Of a stretch of DNA of 49,445 bases, positions 26,033-34,436 are shown piece by piece. Under the pieces are notes generated by a model that saw only the letters and a list, made by a program, of their open reading frames with translations, was not told where the DNA came from and made no database searches. A program made the translations under genes and the position numbers. The DNA comes from a virus (Duplodnaviria; Caudoviricetes): positions 1-49,445 of the IMG/VR virus record IMGVR_UViG_3300006872_000009; one strand, written 5' to 3'. The first letter of the stretch is position 1, and every line of letters starts with the position of its first letter.

Positions 26033-26423
26033 CCTGGGGACCTGGGGCGTGCTGCGGCACGGCCAAGTGCCGTTTGTGCTGACGCTCGAGCGGCCGTGGC
26101 AAGACAACGCGGAGAATGTGTCGTGCATCCCGGCTGGTCGCTATCGCTGCCAGCGGATCACCTCGTCGACGTTCGGCGTGACGTTCGAAGTCTGCGAGGT
26201 GCCGGGCCGGACCCATGTACTGCTGCATTGGGGCAACTTCCTGACGGACACGGCCGGCTGCATTCTGGTCGGGGAGGAATTCGCTGGCACCTGGGAGGCG
26301 CCGTATTTGGCCTCAAGTAAGCGTGGCTTCGCCGAACTGCTCCGCTATCTCGAGGGATCGACCGAGTTCGATCTCAATATCGTCGAGCCCGTCATTGCGT
26401 TGGCACCACGCACAGAGGTGTAG
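25995..26423 (+). CDS. DUF5675-like protein (candidate endolysin)
   Basis: TLERPWQDN...SCIPAGRY...VPGRTHVLLHWGN...DTAGCILVG; next to holin-like genes. Confidence 0.8.
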   Translation: MIVLDLIRVGQSSLGTWGVLRHGQVPFVLTLERPWQDNAENVSCIPAGRYRCQRITSSTFGVTFEVCEVPGRTHVLLHWGNFLTDTAGCILVGEEFAGTWEAPYLASSKRGFAELLRYLEGSTEFDLNIVEPVIALAPRTEV

Positions 26424-26771
26424 ATGGAGGGGGCGGTCGAGCCTGGCAATGGATGGACAGCGAGGGCCAAGGTGGCCGGCGATTTCATCAATCGCGTAGG
26501 GCTGCCGTCGGTCATCGTCATCTTCCTGCTGGTAATCGTCGCGGCGATCATCTTCGGTAAGGTGGAATCGCCGGTGGTCACGAAGTCGCAGTTTAAGGAA
26601 GCCGAGAGCTACAACCGGCAGGTGCATGAAGCCCTCATTGACGATGCGAGGGCGCAGACCAAAGCGACCCAAGAGACGGCGATTGTCCTCCGGGCGATCA
26701 GTTGCGAACTAAAGCACTCGGATACAGAGCGGTTGAAATGTTTTCGGTCGATTAACCAGGGAGGGGACTAA
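26424..26771 (+). CDS. Single-TM membrane protein (holin/antiholin-like)
   Basis: FINRVGLPSVIVIFLLVIVAAIIFG. Confidence 0.6.
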   Translation: MEGAVEPGNGWTARAKVAGDFINRVGLPSVIVIFLLVIVAAIIFGKVESPVVTKSQFKEAESYNRQVHEALIDDARAQTKATQETAIVLRAISCELKHSDTERLKCFRSINQGGD

Positions 26772-27163
26772 TGCTCACACGATTCCTGCGACTCTTCAGC
26801 CTCATCTTTGCCGTAGCGTTTCTGTTGAACCTGGCACTCTACACGCTGGGGTACGCGCAAGAGTCCGTCATGGAGCCGGCGCCCTGGTGGAAGCCGCTGC
26901 TGAACATGCTCTTCATCTCCGTGCTCCCGGCGCTGTGGTCCGCGATCGGGCCGCTCACGACGGCCTGGATCACCAAGCAGGTCAATCGGGTGAGTGTCTA
27001 TGTCCCCCGCCCCGTCCAGGTGGCGATTTCAGCAGTGGTCACGGCCGCCTTGGCAGGATTGACCGGCGATCCGGCTGGCCTGGTGGAAGCAGGCATCGAA
27101 GGGGCGACGGGCCAAGTGCTGGCGGCAACGGATCCCGCCGCGCTGCGCACAACGGCGCCGTAA
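26771..27163 (+). CDS. Multi-TM membrane protein (holin-like)
   Basis: Three hydrophobic segments; lysis-region position. Confidence 0.55.
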   Translation: MLTRFLRLFSLIFAVAFLLNLALYTLGYAQESVMEPAPWWKPLLNMLFISVLPALWSAIGPLTTAWITKQVNRVSVYVPRPVQVAISAVVTAALAGLTGDPAGLVEAGIEGATGQVLAATDPAALRTTAP

Positions 27164-27209
27164 TGGATGGGAAACGACCTGCACGCGTATTCAACAGAGG
27201 GAGGACGAA

Positions 27210-27470
27210 ATGGCCGCTCCAGTACTTCGATTGAAGATGACGGTATCGTCAGTGAAACGGAACGCGGACGGGCAAGGAAATATCGCGTCCGAAGACATTC
27301 AGTTGTCGGCGGTCTATGGGCCAGAGGGCTCGGCCAATTCGCAATGGTCCAAATGGACGCCATGCGCAAATTTGTCGATGCAAGTCAACAACCCGGCCGC
27401 ATTCGGCAAGGTGCTGCCTGGGCAGTTCGTGTTTGTCGATTTGACGCTGACTGACAAAGAGTCAATCTAG
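27210..27470 (+). CDS. Conserved phage hypothetical protein
   Basis: GGAGG RBS; LSAVY...NSQWSKWTPCANLSMQVNNPAA...FVDL. Confidence 0.75.
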   Translation: MAAPVLRLKMTVSSVKRNADGQGNIASEDIQLSAVYGPEGSANSQWSKWTPCANLSMQVNNPAAFGKVLPGQFVFVDLTLTDKESI

Positions 27471-27686
27471 ATGGACCCCGGCTCCCTCACGGCACTCGCG
27501 GGATCGCTGGTGTCGTTGATTCTGCTGGCGGTCAAGCTGTGGCAGGGGAAACAGGCGCGACGAAAGAAGGCCGATGATGCGATTGCGAAGAGGGACAGGG
27601 ACGAGCTTCGGGCTGGCATGGCTCGCCTTGACGAGTTGCACGCCACACGACAATCCGTACCTCCGGGATCTCCGCCCGAGCTTTGA
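27471..27686 (+). CDS. Putative i-spanin (Rz-like)
   Basis: N-terminal TM then short coiled coil; 3' half overlapped by a lipoprotein gene. Confidence 0.6.
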   Translation: MDPGSLTALAGSLVSLILLAVKLWQGKQARRKKADDAIAKRDRDELRAGMARLDELHATRQSVPPGSPPEL

Positions 27687-27819
27687 GTGCGTGGAGACGG
27701 CGGGGGGGATGACGACGGGGCTGGAATGTAAGCCGCTCCCCGGCTATTACACGATCAACGAGGCCTGGATGAAGCACATGCTGAAGGATTTGGATGCCTG
27801 CTATGCAGAGGATCGCTAA
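27574..27819 (+). CDS. Putative o-spanin (Rz1-like lipoprotein)
   Basis: Lipobox LALTS-C; +1 frame overlap of the i-spanin. Confidence 0.6.
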   Translation: MMRLRRGTGTSFGLAWLALTSCTPHDNPYLRDLRPSFECVETAGGMTTGLECKPLPGYYTINEAWMKHMLKDLDACYAEDR

Positions 27820-28026
27820 ATGGGAAAGTGTCTGATCTGCGGCAAGCTGCTCGATCCGACGAAGCGCCGAATGCGTCGGATGATCCGTAATGTCACCGGC
27901 AAGTGTCGCTCATGTAATTCGCGAGACACCGGCCAGCGAGCGGCCAAGCGGTTTCTACGGTGCGCGTGGCAGAAGTCGGCGGGACAGCGGAAGGCGAAGG
28001 CACTCCTCAGAAGGATGCAGTGGTGA
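27820..28026 (+). CDS. Small basic zinc-finger protein
   Basis: CLIC...CRSC. Confidence 0.45.
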   Translation: MGKCLICGKLLDPTKRRMRRMIRNVTGKCRSCNSRDTGQRAAKRFLRCAWQKSAGQRKAKALLRRMQW

Positions 28027-28376
28027 ACGAGGCAGCCATGACGGTGACGCGCTTCATCGGGCAAGGCCTTGTGTTCCTCGTCCTGTGGTCCCTGGCTACG
28101 GTCGCCGTGGACGCTTCTCACACCAACGAGCGAGCCGATCCGAGCGTGTGGATTGCCCCGGCGGAGAACGTACCCGGTTATGTCTATCAGAACGACCCCT
28201 GCGTCGAAGCCCTCCGGGGCGCGATGGAAGCCATGGAGCCGTTCCTCCCTCAACGTCTCCAGGGCAGCTATCCGCTGTGGGAGTCGCTCGAATTTTATTC
28301 GCCCGATGGCAAGGCGCAACTCGAAGAGGCGCGGCGGACATGGGAAGAGGCCAAATTGCAGTGCTGGAGACATTAG
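28023..28376 (+). CDS. Exported helical protein (paralog of 47172-47603)
   Basis: Hydrophobic N-terminus ending VDA|S; CVEALRGAMEAMEPFL...WEEAKLQCWR. Confidence 0.65.
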   Translation: MNEAAMTVTRFIGQGLVFLVLWSLATVAVDASHTNERADPSVWIAPAENVPGYVYQNDPCVEALRGAMEAMEPFLPQRLQGSYPLWESLEFYSPDGKAQLEEARRTWEEAKLQCWRH

Positions 28377-28637
28377 ATGGACTGGCTCCTCCCCATCGCA
28401 TTGAGTCTCATCTCCGCCGGCATCATCGTGTCGGTGCTGGAGGAATGGCAGAAGTGGGGACTCACGGACACGTCCTTTACCTCGCTCTGGTGCTGGGTGC
28501 TGGGCCTCTGTGGCGTGGCGGTCTGGGGCATTGTCGGGCGGGATCTGTGGGTCTTCGGGCTCACGGCGCTGCCCGCGGGCTTGTTCCTGTACTGGATCGC
28601 GCTCAAAGCCAAGGACAGGCGGAAGCGGAGACGGTAG
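28377..28637 (+). CDS. Small membrane protein
   Basis: Three hydrophobic segments, basic C-terminal tail. Confidence 0.6.
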   Translation: MDWLLPIALSLISAGIIVSVLEEWQKWGLTDTSFTSLWCWVLGLCGVAVWGIVGRDLWVFGLTALPAGLFLYWIALKAKDRRKRRR

Positions 28638-28940
28638 ATGCTGATTCAGCACACCGCAAACTATCAGTTCTTTCGTCCGATCGCCGACGAAGCCGTGACC
28701 TTTGCCGGGGCCGCCTCTCGGCTCACCCAGGAGAAGGTGTCCCGCTGCCAGGTGGTCGTGATCCGGTTTACGTCCGGGGATGGGAAGCTCCGGATCTCGG
28801 ACCAGGATGCCACGGTGAGCGACGGCTTTGATGCCTTCGCCGGGGATACGCTGTTTTTTTCCAAGAACGAAGCCGCCCAACTGAGCGGCATTCGTGGAGG
28901 GGTCACGAACCTCGTCGGATGGGCCACGTACTACGCATAG
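28638..28940 (+). CDS. Small beta-sandwich virion-module protein (no signal peptide)
   Basis: LRISDQDATVSDGFDAFAGDTLFF resembles 21534 and the C-terminus of 29197. Confidence 0.6.
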   Translation: MLIQHTANYQFFRPIADEAVTFAGAASRLTQEKVSRCQVVVIRFTSGDGKLRISDQDATVSDGFDAFAGDTLFFSKNEAAQLSGIRGGVTNLVGWATYYA

Positions 28941-29200
28941 GACTGGTGCTGCTGCTCGCCGGCTGCGCGACGGTCCACGCCGCCGACCCGGCCAAGGAGC
29001 CGTTGTTCCAGTGCGAGGTGGAGCGGGCCAAGTGGAAAAGCGAGCGGGACACCCTGAACTATCTCGCGACGAGTTTTCTCGATACGCGGACGCAGGTGGA
29101 AAAGATGCTCGCCAACGCGCAGGCGGAAAACGCGGCGCTCCGCGAGCAGATGGAGGCGCTCAAGAAAGACCTCGCGCACGCAAAGGAGAAGAAGCGATGA
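28919..29200 (+). CDS. Lipoprotein-like coiled-coil protein
   Basis: LLLAG-C lipobox (alternatively VHA|A SPI site); heptad C-terminus. Confidence 0.6.
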   Translation: MGHVLRIGLVLLLAGCATVHAADPAKEPLFQCEVERAKWKSERDTLNYLATSFLDTRTQVEKMLANAQAENAALREQMEALKKDLAHAKEKKR

Positions 29201-29898
29201 AACGATTAGCGCTTGCTGGCCTGTTGCTCCTGCTGCCGGCCGGTGCCTGGGCGCAGGTCTCCCCAGGGACGGTCAATGCCAAGCAGTCGGGCACGTGGAC
29301 CGTCACGGCGACCCAAGGCACCGGCACGAACCTGCACATGGTCTGCGACTCCGGCTGCGGCGGGTCGAGCTTCGCCGACAACGCAGCCTTCACGTTCGGG
29401 ACCACGAACATCGGGCCGATGGGGGCCGTGGTGGATGACACCGCGACGAACGCCGTCAGTGAGAACTCCGCCGGCGCTCCCCGGATGAGTGCCCAGCGGA
29501 TTCTGTACGGGAACCTGCGGACGGCCTCCGGGACCGAATTGATCGGCTCGCAGGCCTCGGCGAGTTCCATCCCGGTGGTGATCGCCTCCGATCAAGCCGC
29601 CGTGAAGATCGATCGGAACACCGTCGCCAGCGCGAACAACGACGGGGCCTGCATTTCGGTTACCGGCTCCACCACCTCGGTGCTCGCCTCGTTTGCGAGC
29701 CGGCGAGCGGCCGTGATTCGAGCGGACCCCACCAACACCCAACGGGTCTACATCAAGTTTGGGGCCACGGCGACCACCTCTGACTTCCCGCTCGACGCGG
29801 GCGATTCGTTCATGCTGGGCGGCACGGTGGCTTACACCGGTGCGATTGACGGGATTTCCGCCTCGGGGACACAAAGCGTATGCGTCGCCGAATTCTAA
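29197..29898 (+). CDS. Exported fibre/spike-base-like protein
   Basis: AAGGAG RBS; MKRLALAGLLLLLPAGAWA|Q; SIPVVIASDQ; 4 Cys. Confidence 0.7.
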   Translation: MKRLALAGLLLLLPAGAWAQVSPGTVNAKQSGTWTVTATQGTGTNLHMVCDSGCGGSSFADNAAFTFGTTNIGPMGAVVDDTATNAVSENSAGAPRMSAQRILYGNLRTASGTELIGSQASASSIPVVIASDQAAVKIDRNTVASANNDGACISVTGSTTSVLASFASRRAAVIRADPTNTQRVYIKFGATATTSDFPLDAGDSFMLGGTVAYTGAIDGISASGTQSVCVAEF

Positions 29899-30527
29899 TC
29901 TACGGCACATTTCTGCTGCTGCCGTGGCTGCTGGCGGCCGGGTTCGACTCGGCCCCGCTGATTCAGCTCCAAGAGGAAGGGACCAGCCAAGGGCAGGTCT
30001 CCAAACTCAACTGCGTCGGTTCCGCGGTGACCTGCGCCCGCTCAGGGGTCACGGGGACCATCACCGTCTCGGCCTCGGGCGGTGTGACGCGGGTGACGCA
30101 GACCACCGATGTGGCGACGACGAGCAATGCCGCCTACTCGGCGGTCTCGGGCCTGTCGATCGCCGTCTCGGCGAGCACGAACTACACGATCATGTGCAAT
30201 ATCTTGACCTCGACGGCCGTCGGGACGACCGGGCTGCAGCTGCAAGTGACGGGGCCGACCTCCCCGACGGAAATCACGATCACGCGGCAGTATCACAATA
30301 ACTCCACGACGACCTATACGCCGCTCACGGCCACAGCCTTTAATACGGCCTCGACGGACGACGCGGCGGCCGGCTCCTGTGCCGCGCAACGGTGTCTGAA
30401 TCCCGTCATGATCGTGCTGCGCAACGGTGCGAACGGTGGGACGGTGGCGTTCGCGGTGCAATCGGAAGTGAGCGCTTCGAACGTGACGCTGCATCGCGGA
30501 TCGTATTGCGACTATTCGACGTGGTAA
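29880..30527 (+). CDS. Exported fibre-like protein with beta-sandwich tip
   Basis: MRRRILIYGTFLLLPWLLAA; IQLQEEGT...LNCVGSAVT; GTVAFAVQSEV...TLHRGSY; 6 Cys. Confidence 0.7.
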   Translation: MRRRILIYGTFLLLPWLLAAGFDSAPLIQLQEEGTSQGQVSKLNCVGSAVTCARSGVTGTITVSASGGVTRVTQTTDVATTSNAAYSAVSGLSIAVSASTNYTIMCNILTSTAVGTTGLQLQVTGPTSPTEITITRQYHNNSTTTYTPLTATAFNTASTDDAAAGSCAAQRCLNPVMIVLRNGANGGTVAFAVQSEVSASNVTLHRGSYCDYSTW

Positions 30528-30554
30528 CCGGGCCTTAATCAAGGAGGACGGACG

Positions 30555-30932
30555 ATGAGCGAGAAGCCAGTGGTGAGCGTGCGGGTCGATCACGAAGTTC
30601 CATGTGGAACAGGCAAGCGGCGGCTGGTCTTTACGATCGGGCTGGACCGCTGCTTGAACGGCTATGAGGGCGAGCAGCTCAGCATCGAGGTGCCGTGCGA
30701 TGCGACCCCCGATGCGGTGGCGGTGCTCCTCGCGGAGCGCACGGCCTGGAAAGTCAAGCAGCAGACCGGCATCACCTACGGTCTCAAAGAGGTCGTCGTG
30801 GACGTGCAGGCCTTCGTATCGGAGGACGGCACGCCAGCTGCGTCGGAGGAGCCGCCGGCTCCGACGGAAGCCGCGCCAGAAGAAGTCGCAGCCAACCCAT
30901 CTGGCTGGTTCAAAAAGCGCAAGAAGGAGTAA
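30555..30932 (+). CDS. Hypothetical protein
   Basis: AAGGAGG RBS. Confidence 0.7.
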   Translation: MSEKPVVSVRVDHEVPCGTGKRRLVFTIGLDRCLNGYEGEQLSIEVPCDATPDAVAVLLAERTAWKVKQQTGITYGLKEVVVDVQAFVSEDGTPAASEEPPAPTEAAPEEVAANPSGWFKKRKKE

Positions 30933-30935
30933 CCC

Positions 30936-31886
30936 ATGGCGACATCCGGAGGATTGATCTCGGCGGCGGCGGACCAGGCCCCGCAGATTCCCCAGATGCC
31001 GAAGCCGTCGCAAGACGACGTGGCGACCTTTACGCCGCAGATCGCGCAGGCGAAGGAAGCGGCGGCGACGGGCTACGACCCGAAACAAGTGGTGGTGGCC
31101 GACGAGCACACCGTCTCGGGGTCGCTCAAGAACATCATCGATCAAGACTCCCAACTCATGCAGCAGGCCCGCACCCGGGCGGCGCAAGCGGCCAATGCTC
31201 GTGGCTTGATCAATTCCTCGATGGCGGTCGGCGATGCGCAAGCGCGGATGGTCGAAGCCGCCCTCCCCATCGCGCAAGGGGATGCGGCGACCCGCTATAA
31301 CGCACTCACCAAGAACGTGGACGCAGGCAACGCCGCGCTGAACTTCGAAGCGGGGGCGAAGAATCAGGCCAGTCTCGCGAACGCCCAACTCGGGACCGAC
31401 GTCGCGAAGACCAACGCGGGCATGATCAACGAGGCGCAGCAACGGGCGGCCCAAGCGGCCAACGAACAGTACCTCGCCCGATTGGATGCGACCACGCGGT
31501 TGATGGTCTCGCAGCTCGACGCCAACACGAAGCAGGCCCTCGCGACCTTGGACGCCGACAATCGCCGGCTCCTCCAGGAAAACCAGGGCGCGGCGGAGAT
31601 GTATAAGCAGGCGGTGACGAACATCACCAACATCTCGACCAATAACCAGATGTCCAAAGAGGCGAAGGATGCCGCCGTCCATTCGCAGTTGGAGATGCTC
31701 CGACAAGGACTCGCTCGACAGGCTGTAATCACGAAGACGCCACCGCCAGAGATTCAGAGTCTCGACCTCTCGCAATACTTCGACGCGGACGCGATGGCCC
31801 CGGCCCCGCCCGCCCAACCGGCGTGGTTTGACCAGCCGCCGAGCTGGTACACGAACCCGCCACAACCGCAGCCGCAAGGCTACTGA
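30936..31886 (+). CDS. Putative internal virion (ejection) protein
   Basis: Gln/Ala/Asn-rich helical; NARGLINSSMAVG. Confidence 0.65.
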   Translation: MATSGGLISAAADQAPQIPQMPKPSQDDVATFTPQIAQAKEAAATGYDPKQVVVADEHTVSGSLKNIIDQDSQLMQQARTRAAQAANARGLINSSMAVGDAQARMVEAALPIAQGDAATRYNALTKNVDAGNAALNFEAGAKNQASLANAQLGTDVAKTNAGMINEAQQRAAQAANEQYLARLDATTRLMVSQLDANTKQALATLDADNRRLLQENQGAAEMYKQAVTNITNISTNNQMSKEAKDAAVHSQLEMLRQGLARQAVITKTPPPEIQSLDLSQYFDADAMAPAPPAQPAWFDQPPSWYTNPPQPQPQGY

Positions 31887-32350
31887 TGAGCTACACGATC
31901 CGCGCCCTGACGGTCAAAGAACTGCCGCAGTGTAAGGTGTTCGGGCAACAGTTCATGGCGGAAAAAGCCCTCCCCGGCACGTTCAACCTCAAACATTTCA
32001 CGGCCACCTGGACGACGTTTCTCGCCTCCGGCCAAGGGGTGATCTATGGATTATGGAATAGCGAGACGCTTGTCGGAGGACTTGGCGGGTTTCTGTTTCC
32101 CGATCTCAATACCGGTGAGCAGACCGTGATCGAAGCGTTTTGGTTCGTCCGAAACGAGGATCGCGGGACTACCTGGCCCGTGCGACTCGTCCATGCGTTT
32201 CGGAAATGGGGGAAAAAGCGTGGCGCACAGCGCTTTCGCATGGTGCATCTCCTCATGGACGGCGAAGACCCGTCAACCGTGAAGTTCGCTGGTTTCTATC
32301 AGAAGCTCGGCCTTAGACCGATCGAAGTCAGTTATGACGGAGAGATTTAG
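31886..32350 (+). CDS. GNAT-family acetyltransferase-like protein
   Basis: EAFWFVRNEDRG...FYQKLGLRPIE. Confidence 0.75.
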   Translation: MSYTIRALTVKELPQCKVFGQQFMAEKALPGTFNLKHFTATWTTFLASGQGVIYGLWNSETLVGGLGGFLFPDLNTGEQTVIEAFWFVRNEDRGTTWPVRLVHAFRKWGKKRGAQRFRMVHLLMDGEDPSTVKFAGFYQKLGLRPIEVSYDGEI

Positions 32351-32790
32351 ACATGACGACGAAAGCGGTCAATAGCCTGTTGCGGCGTGAGGTGGTTGCG
32401 ATGGATTACGTGCCTGACCGCCGCATACGAGAGGCCCAAGCGACGACAGGCCTCCGCGAGGCAAACGGTCGCCCCATCGACCTCGACACGTACATTTCTT
32501 CTCGTGTTCCGGTTCTGTTCTTTGCAGGGAAGCCAGATGCAGTTGGCCGGACTGTATGGACCATTGTGGTCAATGCGTTCGATCGAGTTCCCACTGCGCA
32601 GAAGATGCGCCGTGATAATGGCGGTCGCCCCGCACGTACAGACACATTCCCATCGTGTTCTGCCCGAGATGGATTTACTCGCTGGACGCACGGCGGTGAG
32701 CCGGTCGAATTGTTGGCCTGTCAAGTCGGTAATTTTCACGCCCGAAGTATGCCATGCGTGGCTGGATGATGCCAAGCGCGGCCTGGGCAT
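32347..32790 (-). pseudogene. Inverted HNH-type endonuclease with in-frame internal deletion
   Basis: DLTGQQFDRLT...WECVCTCG...LRSGN joined directly to SIERIDHNGPYSPANCIW...QNRNTRRN; central block missing; no clear RBS. Confidence 0.65.
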
Positions 32791-32803
32791 TAAGGAGGTT
32801 CAA

Positions 32804-33808
32804 GTGGCTGTAGTCAGCGCCGCCGTCGCCGCGGTCACTGCTCTGGCGACAGTGGGAGTTACAGCGGGCACCGTCGCTACTGCGGTCGTCGCTGTCTCGA
32901 CCTTGATCGGCACCGTCGGCCTCGCCGTGACCGCCGTCGGCATGATCACCAAAAATGAAGGGCTCCTCAAGGCGGGGAAGATTATGGGCTATGTGGGCCT
33001 CGCCGGGAATATCGCTGGCTGGGGCACCGGCATCGCCTCGATGGGAGGCAACGAGTTTGCGGCCCACGTCGGCGAACTGTACAAGACGTCATGGGAACAA
33101 GGCGTGGGGAGCTTCTTCGCTCCGGACCCCGGTGTCGCTGGAGCGCAACAGGAAGCCCTGGGTCGCGGGATCGTCGCCGCGTCGAACCCTGACTATGCGC
33201 AGAATGTCGCCGCGAGCAGCGCAGGGATGAATCAAGAGGCACTCGGACAAGGTATCAAGGCGGGCACGCCCATGCCGCCTAGCACGATGACTCAACCCAC
33301 TGTCACGGCGAGCGGGCCGCAGCCGATTGCGAACGCCGATCCGAACACGCCAGCACTGGTTCAAGGCGGATCTTCCGATGCGGGGGCGCAACCGCTGGCG
33401 GAACAATCTCTCGCGCAACAGACTGCGGTCTCCACGCAGGCCCCTGTTACCCCAGTCGTACCAGCCGACGCCGCCGCAGCGGCAGGCGCTCAGCAGGAGG
33501 CGTTGGGACACTCCATCGTCAAGGCGACCCAAGGAGCTCTCCCCTCCCCGACCTCGCCCGGCTTCTGGGACCGGCTCCCAGACTACGTGAAGTATTCGCT
33601 GATGACGACTGGCGGACAAGGAGCCGCGGGATTGGCCTCAGGCTGGTTCCAAGGCCTCTCGGCGGAAGAGCGGCTGGCCCTCGAAAAGGAAATCGCCAAT
33701 CGGAACGAAGCGCAACGGCAACTTGAAAATCGTAACGCGGCCTATTCACCGCGGCTCACATTCAAAAAGCCGACCGGCATCATCGGCGCCGCAGGGAGGC
33801 CCGCATGA
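32804..33808 (+). CDS. Putative ejection protein with hydrophobic N-terminus
   Basis: TAAGGAGGT RBS then GTG 32804; long Ala/Val/Gly segments; three QEALG repeats. Confidence 0.7.
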   Translation: MAVVSAAVAAVTALATVGVTAGTVATAVVAVSTLIGTVGLAVTAVGMITKNEGLLKAGKIMGYVGLAGNIAGWGTGIASMGGNEFAAHVGELYKTSWEQGVGSFFAPDPGVAGAQQEALGRGIVAASNPDYAQNVAASSAGMNQEALGQGIKAGTPMPPSTMTQPTVTASGPQPIANADPNTPALVQGGSSDAGAQPLAEQSLAQQTAVSTQAPVTPVVPADAAAAAGAQQEALGHSIVKATQGALPSPTSPGFWDRLPDYVKYSLMTTGGQGAAGLASGWFQGLSAEERLALEKEIANRNEAQRQLENRNAAYSPRLTFKKPTGIIGAAGRPA

Positions 33809-34434
33809 AAGGGATGATCGCACAGGCAGCCCCTCAAGCTATACAGGATATGCCAGCGATGCAGGCTAAGTCTGAGGCCCCACCTGAGACAGCAGAATCG
33901 TCTGGGTCCGGCCTGGGCATGCTGAAACAGATTGAGCAGACCATCATGCAGAAGGTCCCGGCGCAAATTCAAAAGCCCTTCATGGCGATCGTGGTCGCAG
34001 GCCGGCAGCTCATGTTCTCCGAGCAGACCCATCCCCAGATGGCCGAGTATCTTCAAGTGTCCGACCCGTCGAAGATCCCCCAGCGGGTCGCGCATGGGAT
34101 CGTCAAGCTCATCTCCATCGTCGCCAACGAAGTCACGCGCAAGGGGAAACAGTTCAACATCCCCGCCGCCGCCCCGGCCGCCGTCGTCTTGATGACCTAC
34201 GCCTTGAAGTACGTGGAGCAACAACTCGGCATCCCGATCACGAAAGAGATGATCAATCAAACGACACAACTGGTGGTCAAAGGGCTCTTGGCCCTCTTCA
34301 AGGTGGACAAGAGCCAGATCGATCAAGCGATCCAAGCGGCCCTGCAGAAGGGACAGGCGGAACAGCCGGAAGATCAGGCGGCCGAGACGGTTCCAGATAC
34401 CGAGCCCGTCGAAGACGACGAGGAGGAGGACTAA
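33805..34434 (+). CDS. Conserved protein of the ejection module
   Basis: GGAGG RBS; IVVAGRQLMFSEQTH. Confidence 0.7.
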   Translation: MKGMIAQAAPQAIQDMPAMQAKSEAPPETAESSGSGLGMLKQIEQTIMQKVPAQIQKPFMAIVVAGRQLMFSEQTHPQMAEYLQVSDPSKIPQRVAHGIVKLISIVANEVTRKGKQFNIPAAAPAAVVLMTYALKYVEQQLGIPITKEMINQTTQLVVKGLLALFKVDKSQIDQAIQAALQKGQAEQPEDQAAETVPDTEPVEDDEEED

Positions 34435-34436
34435 AA

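Noticed and set aside
31886-32350. GNAT gene among ejection genes as a novelty
   Set aside because: Common arrangement in podoviruses
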